Counted from the first letter of the whole stretch, positions 51,969 through 61,826 are shown. The stretch: DNA of 61,890 nt, filler included, from 8 parts of 8 records of this genome joined end to end with filler, not necessarily neighbours in it; one strand, 5' to 3'. Notes: a model not told the origin generated them from the letters alone. A program made the numbers and translations.

Positions 51969-53120
51969 TTAGAATACCTCCTTAACTTTCTCCACGATCT
52001 CATGTGGAGAAATTGCTCTACCGTTAACTTTGTAAAGCCCTTCAAGATCAAGTCTTCCAGCAACTCTCTCTACCTCTTCAGTATATTGTCTGATGTTAAG
52101 CTCTACACAAAGTACATTTTTTACCATATCAGTATATTTTTTAATACTCTCAGCTGGACTTGGCCATAACGTAATTGGTCTAAATAATCCCGCTTTGATC
52201 CCATCAGCTCTTAGATGTCTAATAGCTTCTTTTGCAGCAAGTGAAACTGAACCATAAGCGATAATAAGAACTTCACCCTCTTCTCCATTAAAGTCATCTA
52301 ACATAAACTCTTCATTTAATTCAAGCTCATCTCTATGCATCATAACTTTATCTTCAAGTCTTTGGATCAGTTTTCTACAAGTTTCAATCTCTTCAGTTGG
52401 GAATCCCATAGCATCATGATGAAGACCTGTAAAGTGGTATCTATATCCTGTAAACATTGGGTTAAGTACTGCTGGCTCATCACCTTCAACACCATACGGT
52501 TTATACTCTTCAGCAGGACCATCAAATGTTTTTCTTGGTACTATCCCTTTTTTTACTTCTTCAACAGTAGGAACCATTGCCTTACCATGCATGTGACCAA
52601 TAGTCTCATCTGTAAGTACGAAAACTGGTTGCATAAATCTATCCGCAAGATTGAATGCTCTTACAACTTCAGTATAACACTCAGATAAGTTACCAGCACA
52701 AAGAGTAATCGATCTAAAGTCACCATGAGATGGGTTTCTAGATTGTCTAATATCCCCTTGAGAAACTCTTGTTGGAAGTCCAGTTGAAGGCCCCCCTCTC
52801 ATTACGTTTACAAGTACCATTGGAACTTCTGCCATTTGAGCAAGACCAAGGTTTTCAGCTTTTAAAGATACTCCAGGTCCTGAAGTAGCAGTCATCGCTC
52901 TTACACCTGACATCGCTGCACCAGCTGCTGCAGCTACACCTGCGATCTCATCTTCCATTTGAATTGCAGCTCCACCAGCTTTTGGTAGAAGGTCTGAAAT
53001 TGTATGCATTACTTCACTTGAAGGAGTAATAGGATATCCTCCAAAAAACTCACATCCAGCATCAACTGCAGCGATCGCTGCTAAGTCATTACCAGTTGAA
53101 ATTATTTCTCTCATTTCCAT
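51969..53120 (-). CDS. oorA: 2-oxoglutarate:acceptor oxidoreductase alpha subunit
   Basis: GYPITPSSE, QMEDE, TATSGPG, RGGPSTGLPT. Confidence 0.94.
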   Translation of the reverse strand: MEMREIISTGNDLAAIAAVDAGCEFFGGYPITPSSEVMHTISDLLPKAGGAAIQMEDEIAGVAAAAGAAMSGVRAMTATSGPGVSLKAENLGLAQMAEVPMVLVNVMRGGPSTGLPTRVSQGDIRQSRNPSHGDFRSITLCAGNLSECYTEVVRAFNLADRFMQPVFVLTDETIGHMHGKAMVPTVEEVKKGIVPRKTFDGPAEEYKPYGVEGDEPAVLNPMFTGYRYHFTGLHHDAMGFPTEEIETCRKLIQRLEDKVMMHRDELELNEEFMLDDFNGEEGEVLIIAYGSVSLAAKEAIRHLRADGIKAGLFRPITLWPSPAESIKKYTDMVKNVLCVELNIRQYTEEVERVAGRLDLEGLYKVNGRAISPHEIVEKVKEVF

Positions 53121-53129
53121 TATTTCCCC

Positions 53130-53462
53130 TTATTTCCCGTAGTTCTCAGGTAGTCTATAATTATTTTCGATAATTGCCGCTGCTCTAGCTTTACTATCAT
53201 CTGTAAGTTTTGCAAATTTTACATTATCTGTCTTTTTATCTGCAACATATATAGCAAAATCTGGACAGTTTAATTCACAATCGTTACATCCAATACAACT
53301 ATCAATTGCAACAATATCAACCATTGCTCCAAGTGTTGAAGTTGGCTCTGCTCTCATTGAAAGCACTCCAGCTGGACATACAGACACACATATATCACAG
53401 GCTTTACATCTGCTTTCATCAACCCACACAGGAGTATTATCAGGTGCTTTAATTAATGACAT
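53130..53462 (-). CDS. oorD: 2-oxoglutarate:acceptor oxidoreductase delta subunit (2x[4Fe-4S])
   Basis: CKACDICVSVCP and CIGCNDCELNCP. Confidence 0.93.
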   Translation of the reverse strand: MSLIKAPDNTPVWVDESRCKACDICVSVCPAGVLSMRAEPTSTLGAMVDIVAIDSCIGCNDCELNCPDFAIYVADKKTDNVKFAKLTDDSKARAAAIIENNYRLPENYGK

Positions 53463-53626
53463 TTTTTCCCCTTAAATTCAATTTAAAATAGAATATATGA
53501 TTTTCACTTTATTCTTTATAAATTAGTACAACTTAGATCGCATCATACATTCACTTTGAACATCATAACGTAGAAATAGTAATAGGTTTTTGAAGAGGAA
53601 GTGAAAAAAACGTTAAAAAAAAAGAA

Positions 53627-53643
53627 TGTTACTTTTAGAAACA
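53627..53643. promoter_or_regulatory. Palindromic operator candidate upstream of oorD
   Basis: TGTTACT-TTT-AGAAACA. Confidence 0.5.
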
Positions 53644-53662
53644 TAAAAATAGGAGTATACTA

Positions 53663-54139
53663 TTATTTTAACTCTATTGTAACCCGTCTATTTTGAGATC
53701 TGCCCTCTTTGGTAACATTTGAAGCAATTGGTTCAGATTCTCCGTACCATGACATCACCATTCTTTTCTCATCTAAGTCTTTAGATAACACTTTATAAAC
53801 ATTGTAAACTCTTTGTTTAGAAATGAGAAGATTTACAGCAGCTGTAGATGTGGAGTCTGCATGCCCTTGGATATATATTTTGTATCCTTTAAGCTCTTTT
53901 GCTAAAGCAATCACATCTTCAAGAACTGTCTGCTGTGCTGGGTCTATAAAAGCTTTTCCATGGTCAAAATAGATCATCTTTTCTATTGCTTTTGTACATC
54001 CAAACTTGTCTACAAAAACTCCCTCTTCCGTATTAGGACATAGATCTGCACTATCAGGAACAAGATCATTATCCATATCATCTAAAGTTTGTGTAAATGC
54101 AGGTTGCAGTAATAGAATAATTAAGATTAAATATTTCAC
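53663..54139 (-). CDS. OmpA-family peptidoglycan-binding protein with Ca-binding TSP3-like segment
   Basis: DMDNDLVPDSADLCPNT..VDKFGC; QGHADS..NLLISKQRV; YGESEP..NRRV. Confidence 0.88.
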   Translation of the reverse strand: MKYLILIILLLQPAFTQTLDDMDNDLVPDSADLCPNTEEGVFVDKFGCTKAIEKMIYFDHGKAFIDPAQQTVLEDVIALAKELKGYKIYIQGHADSTSTAAVNLLISKQRVYNVYKVLSKDLDEKRMVMSWYGESEPIASNVTKEGRSQNRRVTIELK

Positions 54140-54150
54140 GAAAAACCTTT

Positions 54151-54167
54151 TGTTACTTTAAGTAACA
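54151..54167. promoter_or_regulatory. Perfect palindrome between dUTPase and OmpA genes
   Basis: TGTTACT-TTA-AGTAACA. Confidence 0.45.
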
Positions 54168-55097
54168 TTATAATTTAGAATAATCCTCTTGCAATTTAGC
54201 ATATACTATTTCAAATGTAGAATCATCCACCTCTTCTAAAATAGAAAGTAAGACTACATTATCCTCTTTTCCATTCCATACCTTTTGATAAGTTCCCTCT
54301 TTATAACCATTATCTTGTCTAAACTTATTTAAAGAGTTTTTCCCAATATAAAGTTTTTGAAGCCAACTAAAACTAAGTCCTGCTAGTTTACATGTTCTAA
54401 AAAACTGATCAATAAATCGCTCTACTCCACTAAATTGAGGCATATTTCCAGTTTCTATGGCAAATGCGATATAAGAAAGTTTTTCAGCTTCTTTGACTAC
54501 TAGCTTGATATCAATATCTTCAACAGTAACAGCTTCATAGATACAATGAGTATTTACCATTGATACTGCTTTTGGAATATTTGTCTCTTGTAAAATATAA
54601 CTCATTAAAAAATGCCAAACATCTACGAGCTCTATATGGATATTATTCATATCAGGAGCATCTGAAATATTTTTCCAGTGCTTCCATGGAGTTGAATCGA
54701 TAAGTTCTGCGACTTCCATATGGATACAACGTAGCCAATTGATCTCTTTATCAAACTTATTGATCCCTAGTTCCCAGTTTTTACCATTTGTATCATCGTT
54801 GAGTTTTTTTTGTAATAAGAACATCTCTTCTAATTTTGCAGGAAAACTTGAAGATTCTTCTAAAAGTGTAGCTAAAGGCAAACACTCTTCAACCAATATA
54901 TCTAAAGTATTATTTTCATTAGGAGCTTCTTGACTCCCTTGTAAAAGATGTACTACAAGAGCAATTGTATAAGGTATCTCATCTTTTTCTTCCCATTGTA
55001 AAACATCTGCTGATGTCACTCCAACATAATTTGCAAAACTCTCAATTGTAGCAAAACCTAAACTTTTTACGGCTGTCTTTAAATCTTCATATAACAA
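54168..55097 (-). CDS. dut: Dimeric all-alpha dUTPase with N-terminal XRE-like HTH extension
   Basis: MFLLQKKLND, WLRCIHMEVAELIDS.PWKHWK, ELVDVWHF, YIGKN.LN.FRQDNGYKEGTY.K.WNG.EDN; about 85 extra N-terminal residues; AGGAG RBS before TTG. Confidence 0.9.
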   Translation of the reverse strand: MLYEDLKTAVKSLGFATIESFANYVGVTSADVLQWEEKDEIPYTIALVVHLLQGSQEAPNENNTLDILVEECLPLATLLEESSSFPAKLEEMFLLQKKLNDDTNGKNWELGINKFDKEINWLRCIHMEVAELIDSTPWKHWKNISDAPDMNNIHIELVDVWHFLMSYILQETNIPKAVSMVNTHCIYEAVTVEDIDIKLVVKEAEKLSYIAFAIETGNMPQFSGVERFIDQFFRTCKLAGLSFSWLQKLYIGKNSLNKFRQDNGYKEGTYQKVWNGKEDNVVLLSILEEVDDSTFEIVYAKLQEDYSKL

Positions 55098-55162
55098 AAC
55101 CGAAACTCCTTTGATATATTTTAAAACATAATTTATATAATAGTATTTTTTAACTTAAATGC

Positions 55163-55330
55163 TTAAAACTTTTGCTCATAAAAACTACAATCACTTCCAC
55201 TACTTTGCTTTACAACAATTGATGGAATTTGTTGGGATTTAAACCCATATGCTCTACATCCATGAGGTTTATTTTTTTCCCAAGTAACATAGTAATGTTT
55301 ACATCTTTGGCAGTGAATCTTTCTTTTCAT
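55163..55330 (-). CDS. Conserved-looking 55-aa four-cysteine protein (absent from ORF track)
   Basis: MKRKIHCQRCKHYYVTWEKNKPHGCRAYGFKSQQIPSIVVKQSSGSDCSFYEQKF*. Confidence 0.8.
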   Translation of the reverse strand: MKRKIHCQRCKHYYVTWEKNKPHGCRAYGFKSQQIPSIVVKQSSGSDCSFYEQKF

Positions 55331-55427
55331 AAACGGATTTTACAAAATTTTCATTTAATATTTGATATTATTTTATAATTTATAATTAAAGTATAATCTA
55401 CTTATCGCTGAATCTAAGGATACCCAA

Positions 55428-55835
55428 ATGTCTCATCAACAAAAACAACACTATAAACCAAACCCATTTACAAACTTACCTATCAAAATAAAAATGATGG
55501 CAAACATGCTACTTGCTGTCCTAGGTTTTTTCACTATTTCAACCGTTGCCATTCTTAGTGATTCAAAACTTACTGCAATTATAGTTGTTAATGTTATTTT
55601 TACTATTATTGTTGCTTATACTAATTGGGCTGCGTATGTAAGGATCCAAGGTGGTGTTATGAGGTTTAATAGATATATTAAAGAACTTATGGATTATGTT
55701 TTTATGAGAACAAATGTAATTGAAAGAGCAACTTATATTAAAAATGATGAGATCGGTTTAATTTTAAATGAGCTTAATAAACATGTTGATGAGATTGATT
55801 CAATTAGAAAAGAGGATATGAAAGTTCTTGGTGAA
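55428..55835 (+). CDS. Probable methyl-accepting chemotaxis protein, 3'-truncated
   Basis: Two adjacent TM helices, HAMP-like DEIGLILNELN, EDMKVLGE linker. Confidence 0.6.
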
Positions 55836-55935
55836 NNNNNNNNNNNNNNNNNNNNNNNNNNNNNNNNNNNNNNNNNNNNTTAATTAATTAANNNNNNNNN
55901 NNNNNNNNNNNNNNNNNNNNNNNNNNNNNNNNNNN
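55836..55935. other. Artificial contig linker
   Basis: N44-TTAATTAATTAA-N44. Confidence 0.99.
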
Positions 55936-56784
55936 AATACTATACGCAACCACATCGCGCGGAGCAAGTTCTGCCAATGGGTGAATATCCTTCATAAACC
56001 GGTTGCCCTCTTCATCGAGCAACCAGGCTCCCTCACCGCGAACTGCCTCACTAATTAAATACGCTTCTTTTCCGGGAAGATATAAAGCAGAAGGGTGAAA
56101 CTGAATAAATTCCATATCGGCTACCCGGGCACCGGCATCGTATGCTAAAGTAATTCCGTCGCCGGTTGCGGTATGAGGATTTGTACTTCGTGCATAGATT
56201 CTTGAAAGTCCTCCGGTAGCAAGTATTACAGCTTTCGCTTTAAATATTATATTATCATCGGTTTTAAAATCGTACGCCTGAATTCCTAAAATACAATTAT
56301 TATTTTGTATAAGTTTTACAGCCGCCATATATTCAAATGCTTCAATGGTGCTTTGTTCTTTAACTTTTTGAAGCATAAAACAGGTAAGTTCTTTTCCGGT
56401 AGCATCTCCACCGGCATGCAGAATCCGACGTTTTTTATGCCCGCCTTCAAGGCCAAGCACAAATTCACCATCCTTTTTATCAAACTCCATTCCCATTTCA
56501 ATCAACTCCAACACCCGATCTTTTCCTTCTTTTACCAGAACATCCACCGCATCGAAATCGCACAATCCGCGACCAGCCACCCGAGTATCGTGCAAATGCT
56601 GTTCCGGCGAATCATCATCGGCAATAGCTGCAGCAATTCCTCCCTGAGCATAATAAGAATTACTGGTATCGAGTTGCGATTTAGTAACAATTGCCACTTT
56701 CCCGTATTTCGAAGAATGAAATGCGGCTGTTAATCCGGCAAGCCCACTACCAATCACAACTGTATCAAATTCAAGTATTTGCAT
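55936..56784 (-). CDS. nadB: L-aspartate oxidase, 3'-truncated
   Basis: GSGLAG, SYYAQGGIAA, EGGH..RRILH, EFIQFHP, LISEAVRGEG, ELAPRDVV. Confidence 0.95.
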
Positions 56785-56867
56785 CAATGTAACTTTTCAC
56801 GATCGACCGGCAAAGTTAGTATTTCTTTTAAGCAATCATATGAATTTTTAAACTATTCCAATAAATG

Positions 56868-57191
56868 TTACGGAAGGTAGTCGGGGCGAATAGGAGAAAA
56901 CAATTCAAGAGCCACAGAATCTTCCAGCACTATTACTTCATGTTCAACATTTTCCGGTACACACCAACTGTCTCCGGGTTCTGTTAAATTCCATTCATCA
57001 TCGATTCTGAAATTCAATTTCCCGGATATAAGATAGCCAGTTTGTTCGTATGGATGATTGTGACTAGGGAGTTTATGCCCTTTTTGAAGTTTAAATTCAC
57101 AAAGAAGTGATTTATTTTCAAAAACTAACGGTCGCATTTCTACGCCATCTATTAATGGTTTAAATTCTCGCGTATCTTTTTTTGTAAACAT
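56868..57191 (-). CDS. Cupin-domain protein (KdgF-like)
   Basis: HNHPYEQTGY..PGDSW..P.NVEH, FSP.RPDY. Confidence 0.8.
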   Translation of the reverse strand: MFTKKDTREFKPLIDGVEMRPLVFENKSLLCEFKLQKGHKLPSHNHPYEQTGYLISGKLNFRIDDEWNLTEPGDSWCVPENVEHEVIVLEDSVALELFSPIRPDYLP

Positions 57192-57264
57192 TTTGTGCAG
57201 TTTAGTAATTTATAAGACTTAATTTTATCATATATAATGATAGTTTTTCAAAAAAATAAAGTTG

Positions 57265-58272
57265 CTACATATTTATAATTTCTTTCCACACTTTTGAATT
57301 TACCGGAATTCCATTTTTTAGATTTTCTGTTCTGGTTTTTGAAATTCGTTCACCGGGGTACCTAATTTCATTTTTTTCATTTTCAGGAACAGAATTTTTA
57401 AAATCCTTAATAATCTGTGAAACTGTATTTTCTATAGCCGGATAATTTTTCAGCTTTTTTAAATCGATGGCAATAAAAACCTGCGACACTCCAAACTCAG
57501 CATTCTGTTCACTTATTTTATGGGTTGGTAAACCGGCAGAAAGCACTGCTGCTAAAATATCGAGCAACAACGACAAACCTGCTCCTTTCCAATAACCAAT
57601 TGGCAATGCTCGTCCTGTATCTAAAATTTCTCCCGGATTTTTTGTAAGCTCCCCTTTTTTATTAAATCCGCCGGCAAACGATAATTCTTTCCCTTCGAGT
57701 TGTAATGCCTCCATTTTTCCATACGAAAACTGGGTCATCGCGAAATCGAGAACCACAGCATTTTCGCCAAAAGGTACTGCAAAAACCAGCGGATTATTTC
57801 CCAGTTTTGTATTTACAGCTCCCCACGCTGGCATGTTTGCAATGGTATTTGTCCAGGCAATAAATACAAATCCTTTTTTTGCCGCTTGCCATCCGTACAA
57901 TCCGGCACGCATCCAGTGATTGGTATTTGCAATGGCCACACATCCAATGGAATTAACTTTGGCAAGACTCATAGCACGCTCAGCACAAATTTCAGCATTT
58001 AACGGCCCCGGCCCCAGGTTTCCATTCCATTGTTCAAGTGCTCCCGAAGAATGAATTAATTCAGGTTCGGCATTTGCTTTTATGTATCCTTTTTGAATGT
58101 ATTCGACAAACCTTGTAAAACGATTAACACCGTGTGAATAAACTCCTTCCAAACTATTGGTGGCAAAAATTTCGGCACATTTAGCAGCCTTTATTTCTGT
58201 AAAATCATTCTTTACCAGAATCCGTTTAAATTCTGATTTCATTTGTTCAAAAGGAATTCTCAGTTCTTCCAT
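57265..58272 (-). CDS. yiaK: 3-dehydro-L-gulonate 2-dehydrogenase (2,3-diketo-L-gulonate reductase)
   Basis: GVYSHGVNRF, NTNHWMR, WTNT.ANMPAWG, LPIGYWKG, RYPGE; start MEELRIPF at 58272. Confidence 0.9.
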   Translation of the reverse strand: MEELRIPFEQMKSEFKRILVKNDFTEIKAAKCAEIFATNSLEGVYSHGVNRFTRFVEYIQKGYIKANAEPELIHSSGALEQWNGNLGPGPLNAEICAERAMSLAKVNSIGCVAIANTNHWMRAGLYGWQAAKKGFVFIAWTNTIANMPAWGAVNTKLGNNPLVFAVPFGENAVVLDFAMTQFSYGKMEALQLEGKELSFAGGFNKKGELTKNPGEILDTGRALPIGYWKGAGLSLLLDILAAVLSAGLPTHKISEQNAEFGVSQVFIAIDLKKLKNYPAIENTVSQIIKDFKNSVPENEKNEIRYPGERISKTRTENLKNGIPVNSKVWKEIINM

Positions 58273-58273
58273 T

Positions 58274-58597
58274 TTAAGCTGGTTTCCAGGTTCGTTTTTT
58301 GTTTTTTTCTTCTTTCTTTCTGAATGCTGATTCCAAATCAATTCCTTTGCGGTTGGCAATGGCACAGAGATAAATAAAAACATCGGTCAGTTCATCTCCA
58401 ATATCAGAAAAATCGGAATTAGAATCTATTGCCAATCCTTCCGCTTTTCTTACGGCTTTAAAAAGTTCTCCAATTTCTTCGCCCATCAACAGGCATTTAT
58501 CGTGAATGGTTTGAGCCGAGAATCCACGTTCAGCTTCCAGCTCTGTAACATATCTCTGAAAATCAGACAAATTTGGTTTTTTAGATAATTCAGGCAT
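58274..58597 (-). CDS. MazG-like nucleotide pyrophosphohydrolase
   Basis: EEIGELFKA..DELTDV..AN..GIDLE.AF..KE.KN..R.W; start MPELSKK at 58597. Confidence 0.88.
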   Translation of the reverse strand: MPELSKKPNLSDFQRYVTELEAERGFSAQTIHDKCLLMGEEIGELFKAVRKAEGLAIDSNSDFSDIGDELTDVFIYLCAIANRKGIDLESAFRKKEEKNKKRTWKPA

Positions 58598-58605
58598 ACA
58601 AAATT

Positions 58606-59322
58606 TTAATTTAGGTTTAATGGCGGTTCCAGCACAATTTCTTTCACACACGCTCCCGGAGATAAACCGAGCAAATACGTTATGGTTTTAAACAAATCTT
58701 CGGGCTGAATCATTTGTTCTTCTGAAAGAGGAGTTCCGGCTTCGAAAGCCATTTTTGTATTTACCCAGCCCGGACAAAGTGCAGTTACCTTAATACCAAA
58801 ACCGGCCAGCTCTCTGCTTAACGATTCGCTTAATCCGAGCATTCCAAATTTTGATGCACTGTAACCTCCGCTACCTTCAAATCCTACTTTTCCGGAACGG
58901 GAAACCACATTAAAAATATACCCCGATTTTTGTTTTTTCATTATCGGAACTATTTCCTGTAAAAGAGTAAACTGAGCCGTTAAATTTGTTTCCAGCATTT
59001 TTCTGAAATTGTTTTCTGAAAGTTCAAGTGTGCCATCGAAATAAACGCCTGCATTATTTACCAGAATATCCATACGTTTATATTCTTTTATTAGCTTGTT
59101 AATTGTGCTTTTAACTTTTTCAGAATTGGTAATATCGAGTTGAACGATTTTCGATTGCTTTCCCGACCTTCTATAAATCTCGGCTGAAACATTTTCTAAA
59201 TCATTTTTATCCCGACCTATTAGAATAACCTGATATTTCAATTCAGCTAAACCAATTGCAATGGCTTTTCCTATTCCTTTAGAGGCACCGGTTACAAGTG
59301 CAATTCTTTGGTTTTCGGGCAT
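58606..59322 (-). CDS. Short-chain dehydrogenase/reductase
   Basis: TGASKGIG, VNNAG, YSASK, CPGWVNT. Confidence 0.92.
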   Translation of the reverse strand: MPENQRIALVTGASKGIGKAIAIGLAELKYQVILIGRDKNDLENVSAEIYRRSGKQSKIVQLDITNSEKVKSTINKLIKEYKRMDILVNNAGVYFDGTLELSENNFRKMLETNLTAQFTLLQEIVPIMKKQKSGYIFNVVSRSGKVGFEGSGGYSASKFGMLGLSESLSRELAGFGIKVTALCPGWVNTKMAFEAGTPLSEEQMIQPEDLFKTITYLLGLSPGACVKEIVLEPPLNLN

Positions 59323-59385
59323 AACTTTGTTTTCCTTCAAAGATATTAAATTGAAAACGATTATTAAATTTCAGAAAATCAAAAT

Positions 59386-60081
59386 TCAGGATTCTTTTAC
59401 TTCGAGCATAAATCCGCTTCCATGTACATTTTTAATTTCGATAGCCGAATCGCCGGCAAGGTATTTTCGAAGTTTTGTAATAAAAACATCCATACTACGG
59501 GCAGTGAAATAACCATCGTCGCCCCAGATTTTACGTAAAGCTGTTTCGCGGGGTAACAATTCATTTTTATTCTGGCAAAGCAATTTCAGTAAATCAGCCT
59601 CTTTAGGAGAGAGTTTTTGTATTTCTTCTTTTCTAGTAATCTGCCGAAGTTTTGAATCGAACTGATAGGAACCAATTGCAAAAAAGGTATCGTTATTTGC
59701 CGGTTCGGTCGATTGACGTTTAATAATGGCCTGAATTTTACAAAGCAAAACTTCGGTATCGAAAGGTTTGGTAATATAATCGTCGGCACCCACATTGTAG
59801 CCCCTTAAAATATCTTCTTTTAATGTTTTTGCTGTAAGAAAAACCAAAGGAATGTCTTTGTTGGTTTTACGAATTTCTGTTCCAATGGTAAATCCGTCGA
59901 TATTTGGGAGCATAACATCGAGAATACAAATATGAAATTCGCCCGAACGAAACTTGTCAACTGCCAGTTTCCCATCCTCTACCCAGGTAACCTGGTATTC
60001 ATTAATTTCGAGGTACGATTTTAAAACCGCTCCAAAACTTAAATCATCTTCAACCAAAAATATGTGGTAATTCTGATTCAT
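59386..60081 (-). CDS. OmpR-family response regulator (RprY-like)
   Basis: VEDD, LDVMLP, FLTAK, DDYITKPF, YFTARSMDVFITKLRK, NVHGSGF. Confidence 0.93.
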   Translation of the reverse strand: MNQNYHIFLVEDDLSFGAVLKSYLEINEYQVTWVEDGKLAVDKFRSGEFHICILDVMLPNIDGFTIGTEIRKTNKDIPLVFLTAKTLKEDILRGYNVGADDYITKPFDTEVLLCKIQAIIKRQSTEPANNDTFFAIGSYQFDSKLRQITRKEEIQKLSPKEADLLKLLCQNKNELLPRETALRKIWGDDGYFTARSMDVFITKLRKYLAGDSAIEIKNVHGSGFMLEVKES

Positions 60082-60082
60082 A

Positions 60083-61822
60083 TTAATCTATTACAAATGG
60101 TATAAATACATCGAATTTACTTCCTTTTCCGGGTTCGCTTTGTACTGAAATATTTCCACGGTTAGCCTCAATTACCGCTTTCACATAACTTAATCCAAGT
60201 CCGAAACCTTTTACATTATGCACATTTCCGCTGGTTTGCCGGTAAAAACGTTCAAAAATTTTACTCTGAACAGTTTTCGACATACCGATTCCTTTATCTT
60301 CGACCGAGACAACAACCCCTTTTGTATTATTTATTGTTTTGATAATTATTTCGGGTGTGTTGGCAGAATATTTTATGGCATTATCGAGCAAGTTATATAT
60401 AATATTTGTACAGTGAATTTTATCGGTGGTTGCTACCGGATTTACTGCATTCAATTCACTGGAAATTTTACCTCCGCGTTTTTCAACCTGCAAAATAATT
60501 CCCTGAATAGCATCCTGAATAAGTTCATGCACATCAATGGCTTCCCACACAAATTCAAAATCCTTTTTATCGAGGCGGGCAATGGTTAAAATATCTTCTA
60601 CCTGCCTGTTCATGCGTGTATTTTCCTTTTTAATCATACCGGCAAAATAGCGGATTCGTTCCGGATTTTCAACCACTTTTTCGTTGGTAATTGAATCGGT
60701 TGCCACTGAAATAGTTGCTATCGGAGTTTTAAACTCGTGTGTCATATTATTAATAAAATCCGACTTCATTTCCGAAATTTTCTTTTGCCGAAGAATATAA
60801 AAAATACTTAATCCGAATGTAACTAGAATAATTATTGAAAAAACGAAAGATGCTATTAACAACCAATTAAGTGAGCGGTAAATAAAACTTTCACGCTCGG
60901 GAAAATAAACGGCCAGTTTCAGATTTTTCTGAATAATATCGTTCGGATATAAATCCACTTTATATTCGGCATTTAAAATTTGCAGCGAATCGGAAATTTC
61001 AGATTCATGATTTACAAATGTGCTGTCTTTTATAATTCCATATTCAAAATTTATAGGAATATCGCGGTTCCTAAGCTCTTCACTTAAAACATTTTTAATC
61101 AGCTCGTTATCTATAGTTTGCACATCCCACGTGGAAATTTCAGTAACCACCTGATTGGCCAATTTTTTCAACCGCCCTGCCTTTACTTCCACTCTTTTTG
61201 AAATATCGGGTGAAATTACGGCCACTGTATCCAAACTGGTTACAATAGAATCGATTCGAACAACTCCAACAGAAAATAAAGAATCTACATTATCGGTAAA
61301 AAATGAATCTTTTTTCAGAAAAAAAACATCATCCCCGCTCGAATCATCTCCGTCTATAATAATGTGTTCATAATTACTTTCAATGCCTGCATCTACATCA
61401 AAAGTAAATTCATACGATTCAACAGAAGTATTGGTATCAGCATCCATTTTAATTTCAATTCGTGCATTATTTCCTTTGGGACTAAATTCGCGAATAATAC
61501 GAACTGGCCGGGGCGCCTTCCTTAAAGAATCAGGAAAATGCAGCAAATCGTCGGGATGCGGAATATTTGAAAAACTAAAACTGTTGTCATTACTATTTTT
61601 CCATTGTATTGAATCGGCAAAAACCATGCGGTTTACTACGCCAAAATTATGAATATCTTCCAGTTTTATCACCGTATTATTTAAGGCATCGTTTACACTA
61701 CGGCTAAACAATTCATTTTTTACCCGCAATGCATTATTCATCCAAACCAACTGAACGGCAATAATTCCCAGAATGGAAACTCCCATCAGAAGAATTAATC
61801 CGGTGATTATTTTTTTGTTCAT
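60083..61822 (-). CDS. Sensor histidine kinase (RprX-like)
   Basis: Two TM helices, DFINNMTHEFKTPI, NLLDNAIKY, DKGIG, HNVKGFGLGL. Confidence 0.94.
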   Translation of the reverse strand: MNKKIITGLILLMGVSILGIIAVQLVWMNNALRVKNELFSRSVNDALNNTVIKLEDIHNFGVVNRMVFADSIQWKNSNDNSFSFSNIPHPDDLLHFPDSLRKAPRPVRIIREFSPKGNNARIEIKMDADTNTSVESYEFTFDVDAGIESNYEHIIIDGDDSSGDDVFFLKKDSFFTDNVDSLFSVGVVRIDSIVTSLDTVAVISPDISKRVEVKAGRLKKLANQVVTEISTWDVQTIDNELIKNVLSEELRNRDIPINFEYGIIKDSTFVNHESEISDSLQILNAEYKVDLYPNDIIQKNLKLAVYFPERESFIYRSLNWLLIASFVFSIIILVTFGLSIFYILRQKKISEMKSDFINNMTHEFKTPIATISVATDSITNEKVVENPERIRYFAGMIKKENTRMNRQVEDILTIARLDKKDFEFVWEAIDVHELIQDAIQGIILQVEKRGGKISSELNAVNPVATTDKIHCTNIIYNLLDNAIKYSANTPEIIIKTINNTKGVVVSVEDKGIGMSKTVQSKIFERFYRQTSGNVHNVKGFGLGLSYVKAVIEANRGNISVQSEPGKGSKFDVFIPFVID

Positions 61823-61826
61823 GTTT

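Noticed and set aside
51968-52063. Long oorB/oorA overlap in the ORF track
   Set aside because: Over-extended start; the conserved N-terminus begins at 51967, next to the oorA stop.
55163-55330. Calling the 55-aa protein a uracil-DNA glycosylase
   Set aside because: Too short for any UDG fold and lacks UDG catalytic motifs; kept as unknown function.
58273-58651. Large overlaps among yiaK, MazG and SDR, or MazG as an anti-phage system
   Set aside because: Overlaps vanish with downstream ATG starts (58272, 58597); no defence genes nearby.
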